A DNA stretch of 50,878 nt from an uncultured Bacteroidales bacterium (lineage in GTDB: Bacteria > Bacteroidota > Bacteroidia > Bacteroidales > TTA-H9): contig CAZKCK010000006.1 in the NCBI GenBank assembly GCA_964550695.1, forward strand, positions 1,411-52,288, in the 5' to 3' direction. Positions 36,276 to 44,952 of this stretch are shown piece by piece; positions within the stretch are counted from its first letter, which is position 1, and every line of letters begins with the position of its first letter. Position numbers and translations under genes: made by a program. The notes under the pieces are model-generated. The model made no database searches. It worked only from the letters and a program-made list of their open reading frames with translations, and had not been told where the DNA came from.

Positions 36276-37305
36276 GAAAATAGTAAGATTTTTTCTTGGA
36301 TTGGGGATATTGTTGACTACATGGTTTTCTACTTCAGCCCAGCAATCCGATTCAATTAAAACCAATCCATTTTTCAGGGATACAACTCTGGTATCCTTTG
36401 AATTAACGCTGAATTTTGAATATTTTTCTAAAACTCAAAAATCAGGTGCTAAGTATTTACCCGCTATAGTGAGATACAAACAGGCAAACAGTGAATTGAA
36501 AAAAATTAAAATAAAATTTAAGACCAGGCCGGGAGCGCGGGATTCCTTAAATTGTTCCTTTCCAATGCTTACACTTGATTTTCCGAAAGAGAAAATAAAC
36601 GGTACTCCTTTTTATGGGCTAAATAAAGTAAAATTGGTAAATCCGTGTCATTTAAATGATTCATTAGCTAATGATTATGTTTTACTTGAATATGCAATCT
36701 ACAAGTCATATCAACATTTAAGTACGTTTAACCTTAAAGTGAGGTTGGCAGAAATTACAATGCATGATTCAGCCAACCTGCAGCCATCTGTTAAATTCAT
36801 TGCTTTCTTTCTACAGGATATTGATGAAATGGCTGGAGAAAAAGGAGGCAAAATATTCAAAGTTGCGAATGTACCGATGGGTTATTGTGATCAGAATTCA
36901 ATGCAAAACCTGTCGTTGTTTCAATACATGATTGGTAATACAAACTGGTCAGTTTCATCTCTTTACAATATCAGTTTCAGTTCAGCCCAGGGCCTTTCTC
37001 TGGTCCCGGTTCCATTTGAATTCAGTAGTTGTGGTTTGATTAATCATCCCAGTGCTCGACCAGCACCGCATACCCCAATCACAAAAGTCAGCGAGCGATT
37101 GTATTTTGGTACTGCCAAATCCATTGATCAGCTGAAGCCTTCAATTACTCATTTTTTAAATAATAAAGGCCTAATAATGAATGAGTTTATTAATCTTACC
37201 TCTGTTAGTAGCAGAAGTAAAATCAAAGCTCTCGTGTACCTTACTGAATTTTTTGAAACTATTGCAAATCCAGAAAGTGCAAATATACAAATCTTTGAAA
37301 ATTAG
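36247..37305 (+). CDS. Exported CotH-like protein, paralog B (candidate catalytic residues substituted)
   Basis: Signal peptide ...FFLGLGILLTTWFSTSAQQ. It is colinear with paralog A: KVKLVNPC, LLEYAIYKSY, FQYMIGNTNWSV, VPFEFSSCG, SERLYFG. It overlaps the phosphatase gene by 29 nt. Confidence 0.55.
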   Translation: MASYNLLNFKKIVRFFLGLGILLTTWFSTSAQQSDSIKTNPFFRDTTLVSFELTLNFEYFSKTQKSGAKYLPAIVRYKQANSELKKIKIKFKTRPGARDSLNCSFPMLTLDFPKEKINGTPFYGLNKVKLVNPCHLNDSLANDYVLLEYAIYKSYQHLSTFNLKVRLAEITMHDSANLQPSVKFIAFFLQDIDEMAGEKGGKIFKVANVPMGYCDQNSMQNLSLFQYMIGNTNWSVSSLYNISFSSAQGLSLVPVPFEFSSCGLINHPSARPAPHTPITKVSERLYFGTAKSIDQLKPSITHFLNNKGLIMNEFINLTSVSSRSKIKALVYLTEFFETIANPESANIQIFEN

Positions 37306-37400
37306 CAACTTTTATATGATTTTTTCTCATGACATGATTATATTAAAAAAAAGCAGACCTTTGCGCGTTTTTTGCTAAAGCATACCTTTTTTCAATTACA

Positions 37401-39344
37401 ATGAAAAATTCTGTTTCAAAAAATCACTTTTCCCGGCTTAGTATATTGGGTGTATTAATTAGTCTGGGAATAGTTTATGGCGATATCGGAACATCTCCTT
37501 TATATGTATTTCGCGCAATAATAAACGGTTCGGGAGTTATTGATGATATTACGATTCTCGGGGGCATTTCATGCATTTTCTGGACGCTTACACTTCAGAC
37601 AACTGTTAAATATGTAATAATAACGTTACGCGCTGATAATAAAGGTGAGGGTGGTATTTTTTCACTGTATGCACTTGTACGGCGCAAAGCAAAGTGGGCT
37701 TTCGTGTTTGCCATCATAGGTGGCAGTACCCTGCTTGCAGATGGGGTCATTACACCTGCTATTACAGTGGTATCAGCAGTGGAAGGACTTGAAATGATCT
37801 ATTCCGGAATAAGCGTATTGCCGATCGTTTTGGTCATAATTGCCTTGATGTTTGGTTTGCAAAGAATTGGTACTCAATCACTTGGTGCGTCTTTTGGGCC
37901 AGTAATGCTGATTTGGTTCTCGATGCTTGCCATTGTTGGTTTTAGTCACCTGATAGGAAACTGGCATGTACTTGCAGCTGTTAATCCGATTTGGGGTTAC
38001 AAATTACTTACAGCTCACCCTGAGGGATTCCTGCTTCTGGGGGCTGTATTTCTGGCAACTACCGGTGCCGAAGCCCTGTATTCAGATTTGGGGCATTGCG
38101 GGAGACATAATATACGTGTTTCATGGATATTTGTGAAAACCAGCCTGTTATTAAATTATTTTGGTCAGGGGGCCTGGGCATTGAACAATCCGAATGAAGC
38201 TCTTACAGCCAACCCATTTTTTGCTATGATGCCGGCATGGTTTCTATTGCCGGGAATTATCCTGGCCACATTTGCTGCAATTATTGCCAGTCAGGCACTC
38301 ATCAGCGGTTCATTCAGCATTATCAGTGAAGCTATTTTGCTTAATTTCTGGCCTAAGGTTCAGATTAAATATCCATCTCAGGTAAAAGGGCAGATGTTTA
38401 TTCCCAGTATCAACTTTTTTTTATGGGCTTCATGCACCGGGGTGATATTAATGTTCAGGGAATCTGAAAAAATGGAGGCTGCATATGGTCTGGCCATCAC
38501 AATCACCATGTTGATGACAACTGTTTTACTTGGCATTTATTTCAGAAGCAAAAACATTTCACCATTTTTGTATATCCCGTTTGTGCTATTATTTCTTACA
38601 ATCGAAGGTTCCTTCCTTGGTGCAAACCTGAACAAATTCGCGCATGGTGGTTGGGTAACTATTTTAATATCAGGCATTCTGTTTGTAATTATGTTTGTCT
38701 GGTTCAAGGGACGTGAAATAAAGAAACGCTTCCTTGTGTTTGAAAAACTCAAGAAATATGACTCTTGCTTTATTGACCTTAAAAATGATGTGACTGTTCA
38801 AAAAACCGCATCACAGCTCGTGTATATCACCATGACCAATCATGCAGATGAAATTGAATCCAAAATTATTCAATCCATATTCTTAAAACAACCCAAACGA
38901 GCTGACCGCTATTGGCTTATACATATTGATATCCTTGATACTCCGCGTACAATGGATTATAAAGTTCAGGAATTAATTCCGGACACACTTACCCGAATCG
39001 ATTTTCATCTGGGATTTAAAGTTCAACCACGTATCAACCTCTATTTCAGGAAAATTGTAGATGAAATGGTTAAAACGGGTGAGATTGTTATTGATAGCCC
39101 TTATCCTTCATTAAGAAAGCATGATATCCCTGGCGATTTTAAATTTGTACTGATCGACCGGATTCAAAACTATGACTTTGATTTTAAACCATTTGAGCAA
39201 CTTATAATGGATTTATACAATGCCATTAAACATATTGGTATTCCGGATGTAAAAGCTTATGGACTGGATACCAGTAGCGTGTATATTGAAAAGGTTCCTT
39301 TGCAGAATCCGCAGAATGAGCAAATTCATTTAAAAAGAATATAA
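37401..39344 (+). CDS. kup: KUP/HAK/KT family potassium transporter
   Basis: GIVYGDIGTSPLYVF signature, 12 TM helices, and the cytoplasmic C-terminal domain; 647 aa. Confidence 0.9.
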   Translation: MKNSVSKNHFSRLSILGVLISLGIVYGDIGTSPLYVFRAIINGSGVIDDITILGGISCIFWTLTLQTTVKYVIITLRADNKGEGGIFSLYALVRRKAKWAFVFAIIGGSTLLADGVITPAITVVSAVEGLEMIYSGISVLPIVLVIIALMFGLQRIGTQSLGASFGPVMLIWFSMLAIVGFSHLIGNWHVLAAVNPIWGYKLLTAHPEGFLLLGAVFLATTGAEALYSDLGHCGRHNIRVSWIFVKTSLLLNYFGQGAWALNNPNEALTANPFFAMMPAWFLLPGIILATFAAIIASQALISGSFSIISEAILLNFWPKVQIKYPSQVKGQMFIPSINFFLWASCTGVILMFRESEKMEAAYGLAITITMLMTTVLLGIYFRSKNISPFLYIPFVLLFLTIEGSFLGANLNKFAHGGWVTILISGILFVIMFVWFKGREIKKRFLVFEKLKKYDSCFIDLKNDVTVQKTASQLVYITMTNHADEIESKIIQSIFLKQPKRADRYWLIHIDILDTPRTMDYKVQELIPDTLTRIDFHLGFKVQPRINLYFRKIVDEMVKTGEIVIDSPYPSLRKHDIPGDFKFVLIDRIQNYDFDFKPFEQLIMDLYNAIKHIGIPDVKAYGLDTSSVYIEKVPLQNPQNEQIHLKRI

Positions 39345-39439
39345 CTGTCGCAGAATTGGTAAGTCAAATAACATTTTTTGACTGATGGTGCTTTTTTTTG
39401 TAAGTTTGGTTTTCCAAACCAAAATCAAATTTTACAACT

Positions 39440-40507
39440 ATGAAACATCTTTTTACAATTATCAGCATCTTTTACTGCCTGATGCCGCTAATCGCCCAGG
39501 AGCGTTGCCCATCTCCGGTAGCTATTGAAAACCAGATTACTGTGGTCGGCAAATCACAAATTGCTGATTTTACCATTACCGATACTGATGGCAATGAGCT
39601 CAATCTGTATGCGACACTCAATCAGGGTAAAACTGTTCTCCTTGATCTGTTTTATACTACATGTGGTTATTGCATTCAGTATTCCCCAATCATTGAACAG
39701 GTTTACCAGATGACCGGGGCAGGGCAGGGGGATGTATTGTTTTGGGGCATTTCACCCCAGGATAACAATGCCCAGATTAATGCTTACAAGATTGCACACA
39801 ATGTCTCAAACCCATGTGCCGGGACTCAGGGAAACGGCCCCAATGCAATTACCATTATTAATACAGGGCAGAATTTTACGGGATATCCAACCTACATTGT
39901 AGTTTGCCCTGACAAAAATATGCAGTATGATGTTTGCTACCCGCCATCAACAAATTGTCTGCTTGGAAAAATTAATTATTGTTCCACGATTTTGTTTCCC
40001 AAATTTGCAACTACTGAAGATACAGTTTTTACTACCCATGAAGTAATGTTTTCTGATAGCTCTACAGGTCAACCAACCAGTTGGTTATGGGAGTTTGAAG
40101 GTGGTACACCAGCTTCTTCAACTGATCAGAATCCTGTAATCATCTATGAGAATGAAGGAACCTTTGATGTAAGTCTTTCGGTTACGAATGCTACAGGTAA
40201 TCAAACAACAATTAAAACCGATTATATTACTGCGGTGTTGAATGTTGGAAATAAGGATTATACAGTCCAAAATTCCATACGTACTTTATTGAATGCTAGT
40301 CAGTTAATTGTCCAGATCAATAACAACAATAAGGCGGGGATATTAAATATGTATAACATCAGCGGTCAGTTGGTTTACAATGAAAAGGTTGATTGTAGCA
40401 GTCAATGTATCCTGAAAATCCCCATTACAAATCTCAGTAAAGGCATTTACCTGATCAGACTGGCATCGGAAGGTTATTCTGAAAGTGCTAAAGTACTGAT
40501 TAAATAA
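39440..40507 (+). CDS. T9SS-sorted protein with thioredoxin-like (CxxC), PKD and C-terminal sorting domains
   Basis: Signal peptide. Redoxin-like FTITDTDGNELNL...KTVLLDLFYTTCGYCIQYSP. PKD-like FSDSSTGQPTSWLWEFEGGTP...GTFDVSLSVTNATG. T9SS CTD-like GIYLIRLASEGYSESAKVLIK. Confidence 0.7.
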   Translation: MKHLFTIISIFYCLMPLIAQERCPSPVAIENQITVVGKSQIADFTITDTDGNELNLYATLNQGKTVLLDLFYTTCGYCIQYSPIIEQVYQMTGAGQGDVLFWGISPQDNNAQINAYKIAHNVSNPCAGTQGNGPNAITIINTGQNFTGYPTYIVVCPDKNMQYDVCYPPSTNCLLGKINYCSTILFPKFATTEDTVFTTHEVMFSDSSTGQPTSWLWEFEGGTPASSTDQNPVIIYENEGTFDVSLSVTNATGNQTTIKTDYITAVLNVGNKDYTVQNSIRTLLNASQLIVQINNNNKAGILNMYNISGQLVYNEKVDCSSQCILKIPITNLSKGIYLIRLASEGYSESAKVLIK

Positions 40508-40525
40508 GCATGACATAAGAATTTG

Positions 40526-40556
40526 AAAAAGAGGCCATTATTGACCTCTTTTTTTT
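40526..40556. terminator. Bidirectional terminator between convergent genes
   Basis: AAAAA-GAGGCCA-ttat-TGACCTC-TTTTTTTT, with one mismatch in the stem. Confidence 0.6.
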
Positions 40557-41676
40557 ATTCTGGCAAAAGTGAAAGTTCAACAATTTCCGGGCGGCTGCTT
40601 GTTCTCACCGGCGGACCCCATGTACCGGCACCACAGGAAATATAATAATGTGTGTTTTCTTTTTTCAGATAGCCGTAGCTTCTTTCAAATACTGCATTGG
40701 TTATGAGGTTAAAGGGCCAAAGCTGCCCATGATGTGTATGTCCTGAAAGACTCAAATCTATACCTGATGCAGCAGCATTTTGCAAATCAAAAGGTTGATG
40801 GTCGAGCAAAATTTTGGCATATTCACCCGTAAGCCCCTGAACCAGTTCTGAAACAGGCTTTCTGATGAGTCCGCTGAAACGCCTGCTATCTTTGTCTTCA
40901 CGTCCAATCAGATAAAAGTTATTGTCAATCAGCACACTGGTATCGCGCAACACCTTGATTCCATGTTCCTGAAGATATCTAACAGCCGAACCGGCTCCAC
41001 CAATGTATTCATGGTTACCGGTAATTGCGTAAACACCCAGGGGTGCTTTGATTTTGAGTAAAGCACTTCCAAGATTTTGTCTGATTACAGGCCCAACATC
41101 TTCATCAACCACATCACCTGCAAAAACCACGATATCCGGTTTCATCGCGTTAATTTTATCAACTATATGGCTCAGGCGATTTTGCCCTACGAGTGTACCC
41201 ATATGAATATCAGATACCATAGCCATTTTTACTTCCTTTTTAAGTGGCAATCTGATCTCAATTTTTTTAACTACTGGAAAACGTGCATTTAAATGCCCTG
41301 CAAAAACCAACAAACCTGAAATTGAAATAATTCCGTAAAAGATAAATTGTTTAATGTTCTCAGGTATTACAATGCCACCTGAGAAATATAATATAAGTTT
41401 CACCAGATCAGAACCCAACGAAAAAAGAAAGAAATAAACCATGAGTGCAAGCCAGAAGGCTCCGGCCCAAATTAAAATGGTACTTAACATTGAAGGCGCA
41501 ACTCTTTCGAGAATTCGTCCGATTGGATAAGCGGCAACGATTAACCAAAAAAAGAAACTATACAACTTAACATGCTGTTGAAAAAACTGAATTCCCTTTG
41601 AATAAATGTAATAATTTAATAATGAATAAATTACAAGAACAATACTGAAAAATATTAAAAATGGACTGATTTTCAT
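40555..41676 (-). CDS. Membrane-anchored metallophosphoesterase (YkuE-like calcineurin-type phosphoesterase)
   Basis: About 4-5 N-terminal TM helices, then VSDIHMG, GDVVDE, GNHEY and GHTHHGQ. I prefer the ATG at 41676 (MKISPFLIFF...) over the extended track ORF reaching 41778. Confidence 0.8.
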   Translation of the reverse strand: MKISPFLIFFSIVLVIYSLLNYYIYSKGIQFFQQHVKLYSFFFWLIVAAYPIGRILERVAPSMLSTILIWAGAFWLALMVYFFLFSLGSDLVKLILYFSGGIVIPENIKQFIFYGIISISGLLVFAGHLNARFPVVKKIEIRLPLKKEVKMAMVSDIHMGTLVGQNRLSHIVDKINAMKPDIVVFAGDVVDEDVGPVIRQNLGSALLKIKAPLGVYAITGNHEYIGGAGSAVRYLQEHGIKVLRDTSVLIDNNFYLIGREDKDSRRFSGLIRKPVSELVQGLTGEYAKILLDHQPFDLQNAAASGIDLSLSGHTHHGQLWPFNLITNAVFERSYGYLKKENTHYYISCGAGTWGPPVRTSSRPEIVELSLLPE

Positions 41677-41767
41677 CTGAATAATTTTAAGAGTGTATTT
41701 TTTTTTGCCACCAATCAAGAATAATGCCTGAACAAAAATATTTTGTTCCTTTGTAAAAAAAAACCTA

Positions 41768-42688
41768 ATGAGAACCATCCCAAAAAGAAATCGCCTCCTT
41801 TTTTTATCACTTTTATGGCTTTTTGTCAGTAGTGCCAGTGCCCAATCCGGGAATATTATTTCAGTGTCAACCGGAGAAGACTATTTTAAAGGCACTGTGG
41901 ATGCAGTGAACGCACTTGGCGGAATCCAAAAATTCGTCAAAAAGGGTCAAAAAGTTGGATTGCTGATCAATTCTGATTTTGAAGAAAAGGCAACGTATGT
42001 AAATCCCGATGTTGCCATTGCAGTCGTTAAATTATGCGTTGATGCAGGAGCTTCCGGAATTGTGTGCCTGCAACATGTGAAGCCTGAATACTGGCAAAGA
42101 AGCCAATTGTACGCACAATACAGCGATATGCTGGATAAAGTTACAACTGTTGAAGCCAATTCGTTCCCGGCAAAATATGACAGCCTGAATTTTATAAAGT
42201 TTGATTCGATACCGGGTGCCAAATCCTTGAAAAAGACAGAAGTTGTGAAAATGCTTTTTGATATTGATGCTTTTATCAGCATTCCGATTGCCAAACATCA
42301 TGCTACCACTGTTTTAACATGTGCAGCAAAAAATATGATGGGGCTCTGTACGCGGGCAACCAATGTAACCATGCATCTGAACGGTCCCAAACGTAACGAT
42401 CCCGGATACCTGGCACAATGTATCACAGATTTATTTCTGTTGCGTAAACCTGATCTGATTGTTGCTGATGCTACTGAAATGATCGTTACAAACGGTCCGG
42501 GCGGCCCCGGCGAAATCAGAAAATTTGACAAAATAGTGGCCGGAACAAGTCCTGTATGTGTTGATACGTATTGTACTCAACTATTAGGATTTTCAAATGA
42601 TGATGTGCTTTCGAATTCAAAAGGATTTGAGGCAGGTCTGGGTGAAATGGATCTTCAAAAAATCAAAATCATTCAAAACCAGAATTGA
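41768..42688 (+). CDS. Exported DUF362 domain-containing protein
   Basis: Signal peptide LLWLFVSSASAQ; KKGQKVGLLINS...NPDVAIAVVKLCVDAGA...IPIAKHH...VADATEMIVTNGPGGPG...VAGTSPVCVDTY matches the DUF362 layout. Confidence 0.65.
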   Translation: MRTIPKRNRLLFLSLLWLFVSSASAQSGNIISVSTGEDYFKGTVDAVNALGGIQKFVKKGQKVGLLINSDFEEKATYVNPDVAIAVVKLCVDAGASGIVCLQHVKPEYWQRSQLYAQYSDMLDKVTTVEANSFPAKYDSLNFIKFDSIPGAKSLKKTEVVKMLFDIDAFISIPIAKHHATTVLTCAAKNMMGLCTRATNVTMHLNGPKRNDPGYLAQCITDLFLLRKPDLIVADATEMIVTNGPGGPGEIRKFDKIVAGTSPVCVDTYCTQLLGFSNDDVLSNSKGFEAGLGEMDLQKIKIIQNQN

Positions 42689-42693
42689 CCAAC

Positions 42694-43524
42694 ATGACAA
42701 AAATCAAAGCCTGCCTGATTTTATTTTTATTAATCATAACGTATTTGGGTATCGGACAGACACTTCCAAAGTCGCCAATAAAAGGTTGGACTGTGAATGA
42801 CTCAGTAACAGTGTATTCAGGTGATGATTTGTATTTTCTGATTGATGGTGGGGCAGAAGTTTACATTGAATACGGGTTCAGTAAAGTTTATAGTGCCGAC
42901 TATCACCATGCCGATACAAAAATCCATGCGGAGCTTTATGAAATGATTGACAATGATGCTGCCTGGGGAATATTCTCATTAAGGAAACCGGGTGCTGTAA
43001 CGCAAATTGGTCATATTAATTTAGCATCATGGGGATTGGATTATCTGATGGCTGGTAAAGAGCGGTTTTATTTACTGCTCTCAGGTTCAGATGATAAAAT
43101 ACTGCTTTCTGAAATGGCGCAGGGCATTCTGCACGACCTTCCGGATGGGACCAACAGTCCCGGTTTGATTGCGCAACTTGATACTACTGGCAAACAGATT
43201 GATTCTGAAGTCTATTTTAAAGGAACTATAGCTTTATCCAATATTTTTCAATTCGGGTATACTATGTTGGGTAACTTTGCAAATGGTGTAAGTGCCAATT
43301 ACAACAATAATGTAATCAATGTTTTATTAAAATTTGAAACGGCAAAGCTAGCCGAGGAAGAATATAAGAATTTTACAACCAAAGCTTTGTCGAATGAGCG
43401 TTACAAATTGGTAACGCAAACCGGGGACGAGTATTTATTTGAGAACAAACAACAGGATAAAATTGCCATTCACAAACCCGATGCTGATTTATTGAATATC
43501 ATTGTTTTTCGCCATTTAAACTGA
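42694..43524 (+). CDS. Exported hypothetical protein (possibly DUF6599-like)
   Basis: Signal peptide MTKIKACLILFLLIITYLGIGQ. The LYFLIDGGAEVYIEYGF and DAAWGIFS motifs resemble my recollection of DUF6599. The track start at 42685 is a TTG overlapping the DUF362 stop. Confidence 0.5.
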   Translation: MTKIKACLILFLLIITYLGIGQTLPKSPIKGWTVNDSVTVYSGDDLYFLIDGGAEVYIEYGFSKVYSADYHHADTKIHAELYEMIDNDAAWGIFSLRKPGAVTQIGHINLASWGLDYLMAGKERFYLLLSGSDDKILLSEMAQGILHDLPDGTNSPGLIAQLDTTGKQIDSEVYFKGTIALSNIFQFGYTMLGNFANGVSANYNNNVINVLLKFETAKLAEEEYKNFTTKALSNERYKLVTQTGDEYLFENKQQDKIAIHKPDADLLNIIVFRHLN

Positions 43525-43686
43525 TTACAAAAAATCAAAGCGATAAGCATTTTGTATTTCGTATTGTTCGTCGGCTAAAGGAAAATTGCTTGTTTTTTCA
43601 GGGATAATTTTGTCTTATAATTTATATTATGTTAAATAGAATTTTCCAATCATCCTCTATTCCATTAATAATGAGTTGGATATTTA

Positions 43687-44802
43687 CTAATTAATGCAAT
43701 CGCAAAATTTTCTGGTGCTTGATGTCCTGTTTATCAGGTGTAAAACCTGTTCAAAACTTACAAATATTTGGATGTTTCCAAATGAGTATGGTGCAAGCTC
43801 ATACGGATTGTACCAAAACAATAATCCATTGTGCAGAATTGTGAAATTTTCGGCAATTTCAATTTTATCCTTAAAAAAACCTAAGTTGCTTATGTTGCCT
43901 GTTTCCGGCATTTTATATTTTCGTTTCAGATTTATTGTAATGCTATCGTACAAGGCTTCAAGGTTTTCATTGGCAAAAACATCACTTATTCTGATTTTAC
44001 TTCCACTTATAAGATCAAAATTTACAAACCGGGTCATTTGCAATCCATGGGCACCGCCAGTGAACGCATATTGTCTGATTCCCAGGCTTAAAATATTGTT
44101 ACTATTTCTGGTTACCATAAATGTAACGGACTTATCCCAATTAAATGAGCCTTTGCCCATGGATGGATTGTATCCTTCCCGGTTTTGATCAAAATAATCC
44201 TGAAAAAATTTTGACGAGGCCTCCCCTATTGCCTTTTCCGGTATTTTCGTAATACACTCATTACCAAAGTATTCATTAGAAACAACCGCAGATATTGAGT
44301 CTCTTGCAGATTTCAAAATATCTTCATTTAACTGAGGATAAAGTACTTCATAAGAAGCTTGTGGTGAGCCTTTCATATTAAAAAGGTCCTTCTTTTGAGA
44401 AAACTCCAGGGTTTTAATGCTTGCGCTGCCAACGGGATAATCCTCTTCAAAAAGTATCTTTACAGTTTCTTTAGGATCAGAAATTGCCAAATCACCTTCT
44501 AAAGTACTACTATTTAAGTACTTACCAATAAAGACGATCGCATTCTCCGTAACATTATTCGTCAGTTTTACTTCCTGTGAAGCCGGATTAATGGTTCCTG
44601 TTACCTGAAAGTTTTCGTTAAAACCCTTATTATCATTTATATATATCCATCCTTCCAGTCCATTACCCTTTATTGCGAGATCCAACTCAACTGAATAAGG
44701 CTTATAAGATACAAGATGGTGATAGGTTGATTGTTTTTTAGACTGAGCAAATAATTGAATGACAATAAAAAAGGATACAATTAATACAGAAAATTTTTTC
44801 AT
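43687..44802 (-). CDS. DUF3298/DUF4163 domain-containing exported protein (RsiV/PdaC-like fold)
   Basis: Signal peptide MKKFSVLIVSFFIVIQLFAQ and the diagnostic YAFTGGAHGLQMTRFVNFDLISG. I prefer the ATG at 44802. Confidence 0.7.
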   Translation of the reverse strand: MKKFSVLIVSFFIVIQLFAQSKKQSTYHHLVSYKPYSVELDLAIKGNGLEGWIYINDNKGFNENFQVTGTINPASQEVKLTNNVTENAIVFIGKYLNSSTLEGDLAISDPKETVKILFEEDYPVGSASIKTLEFSQKKDLFNMKGSPQASYEVLYPQLNEDILKSARDSISAVVSNEYFGNECITKIPEKAIGEASSKFFQDYFDQNREGYNPSMGKGSFNWDKSVTFMVTRNSNNILSLGIRQYAFTGGAHGLQMTRFVNFDLISGSKIRISDVFANENLEALYDSITINLKRKYKMPETGNISNLGFFKDKIEIAENFTILHNGLLFWYNPYELAPYSFGNIQIFVSFEQVLHLINRTSSTRKFCDCIN

Positions 44803-44893
44803 TTCAGGCTTTTTAGACTGCCACAAAATTACAGATATTCGGGATGTGGGGAACAATCATTAACCTGTAAAACAAAGCCTTCAATTAAAATAA

Positions 44894-44927
44894 TAAAAAA
44901 GCGGCTGACAAATAATTTGCCAACCGC
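44894..44927 (-). terminator. Rho-independent terminator downstream of the LruC-domain gene
   Basis: The minus strand reads GCGGTTGGCAAA-tta-TTTGTCAGCCGC (fully paired with two G-U wobbles), followed by TTTTTTATT. Confidence 0.7.
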
Positions 44928-44952
44928 CTGATAAATAGATGCTAACTATAGA

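Noticed and set aside
39362-39400. Hairpin AGTCAAA/TTTGACT downstream of kup, with a T-run 8 nt further on.
   Set aside because: The stem is AT-rich and the T-run is not adjacent. It is too weak to list as a terminator.
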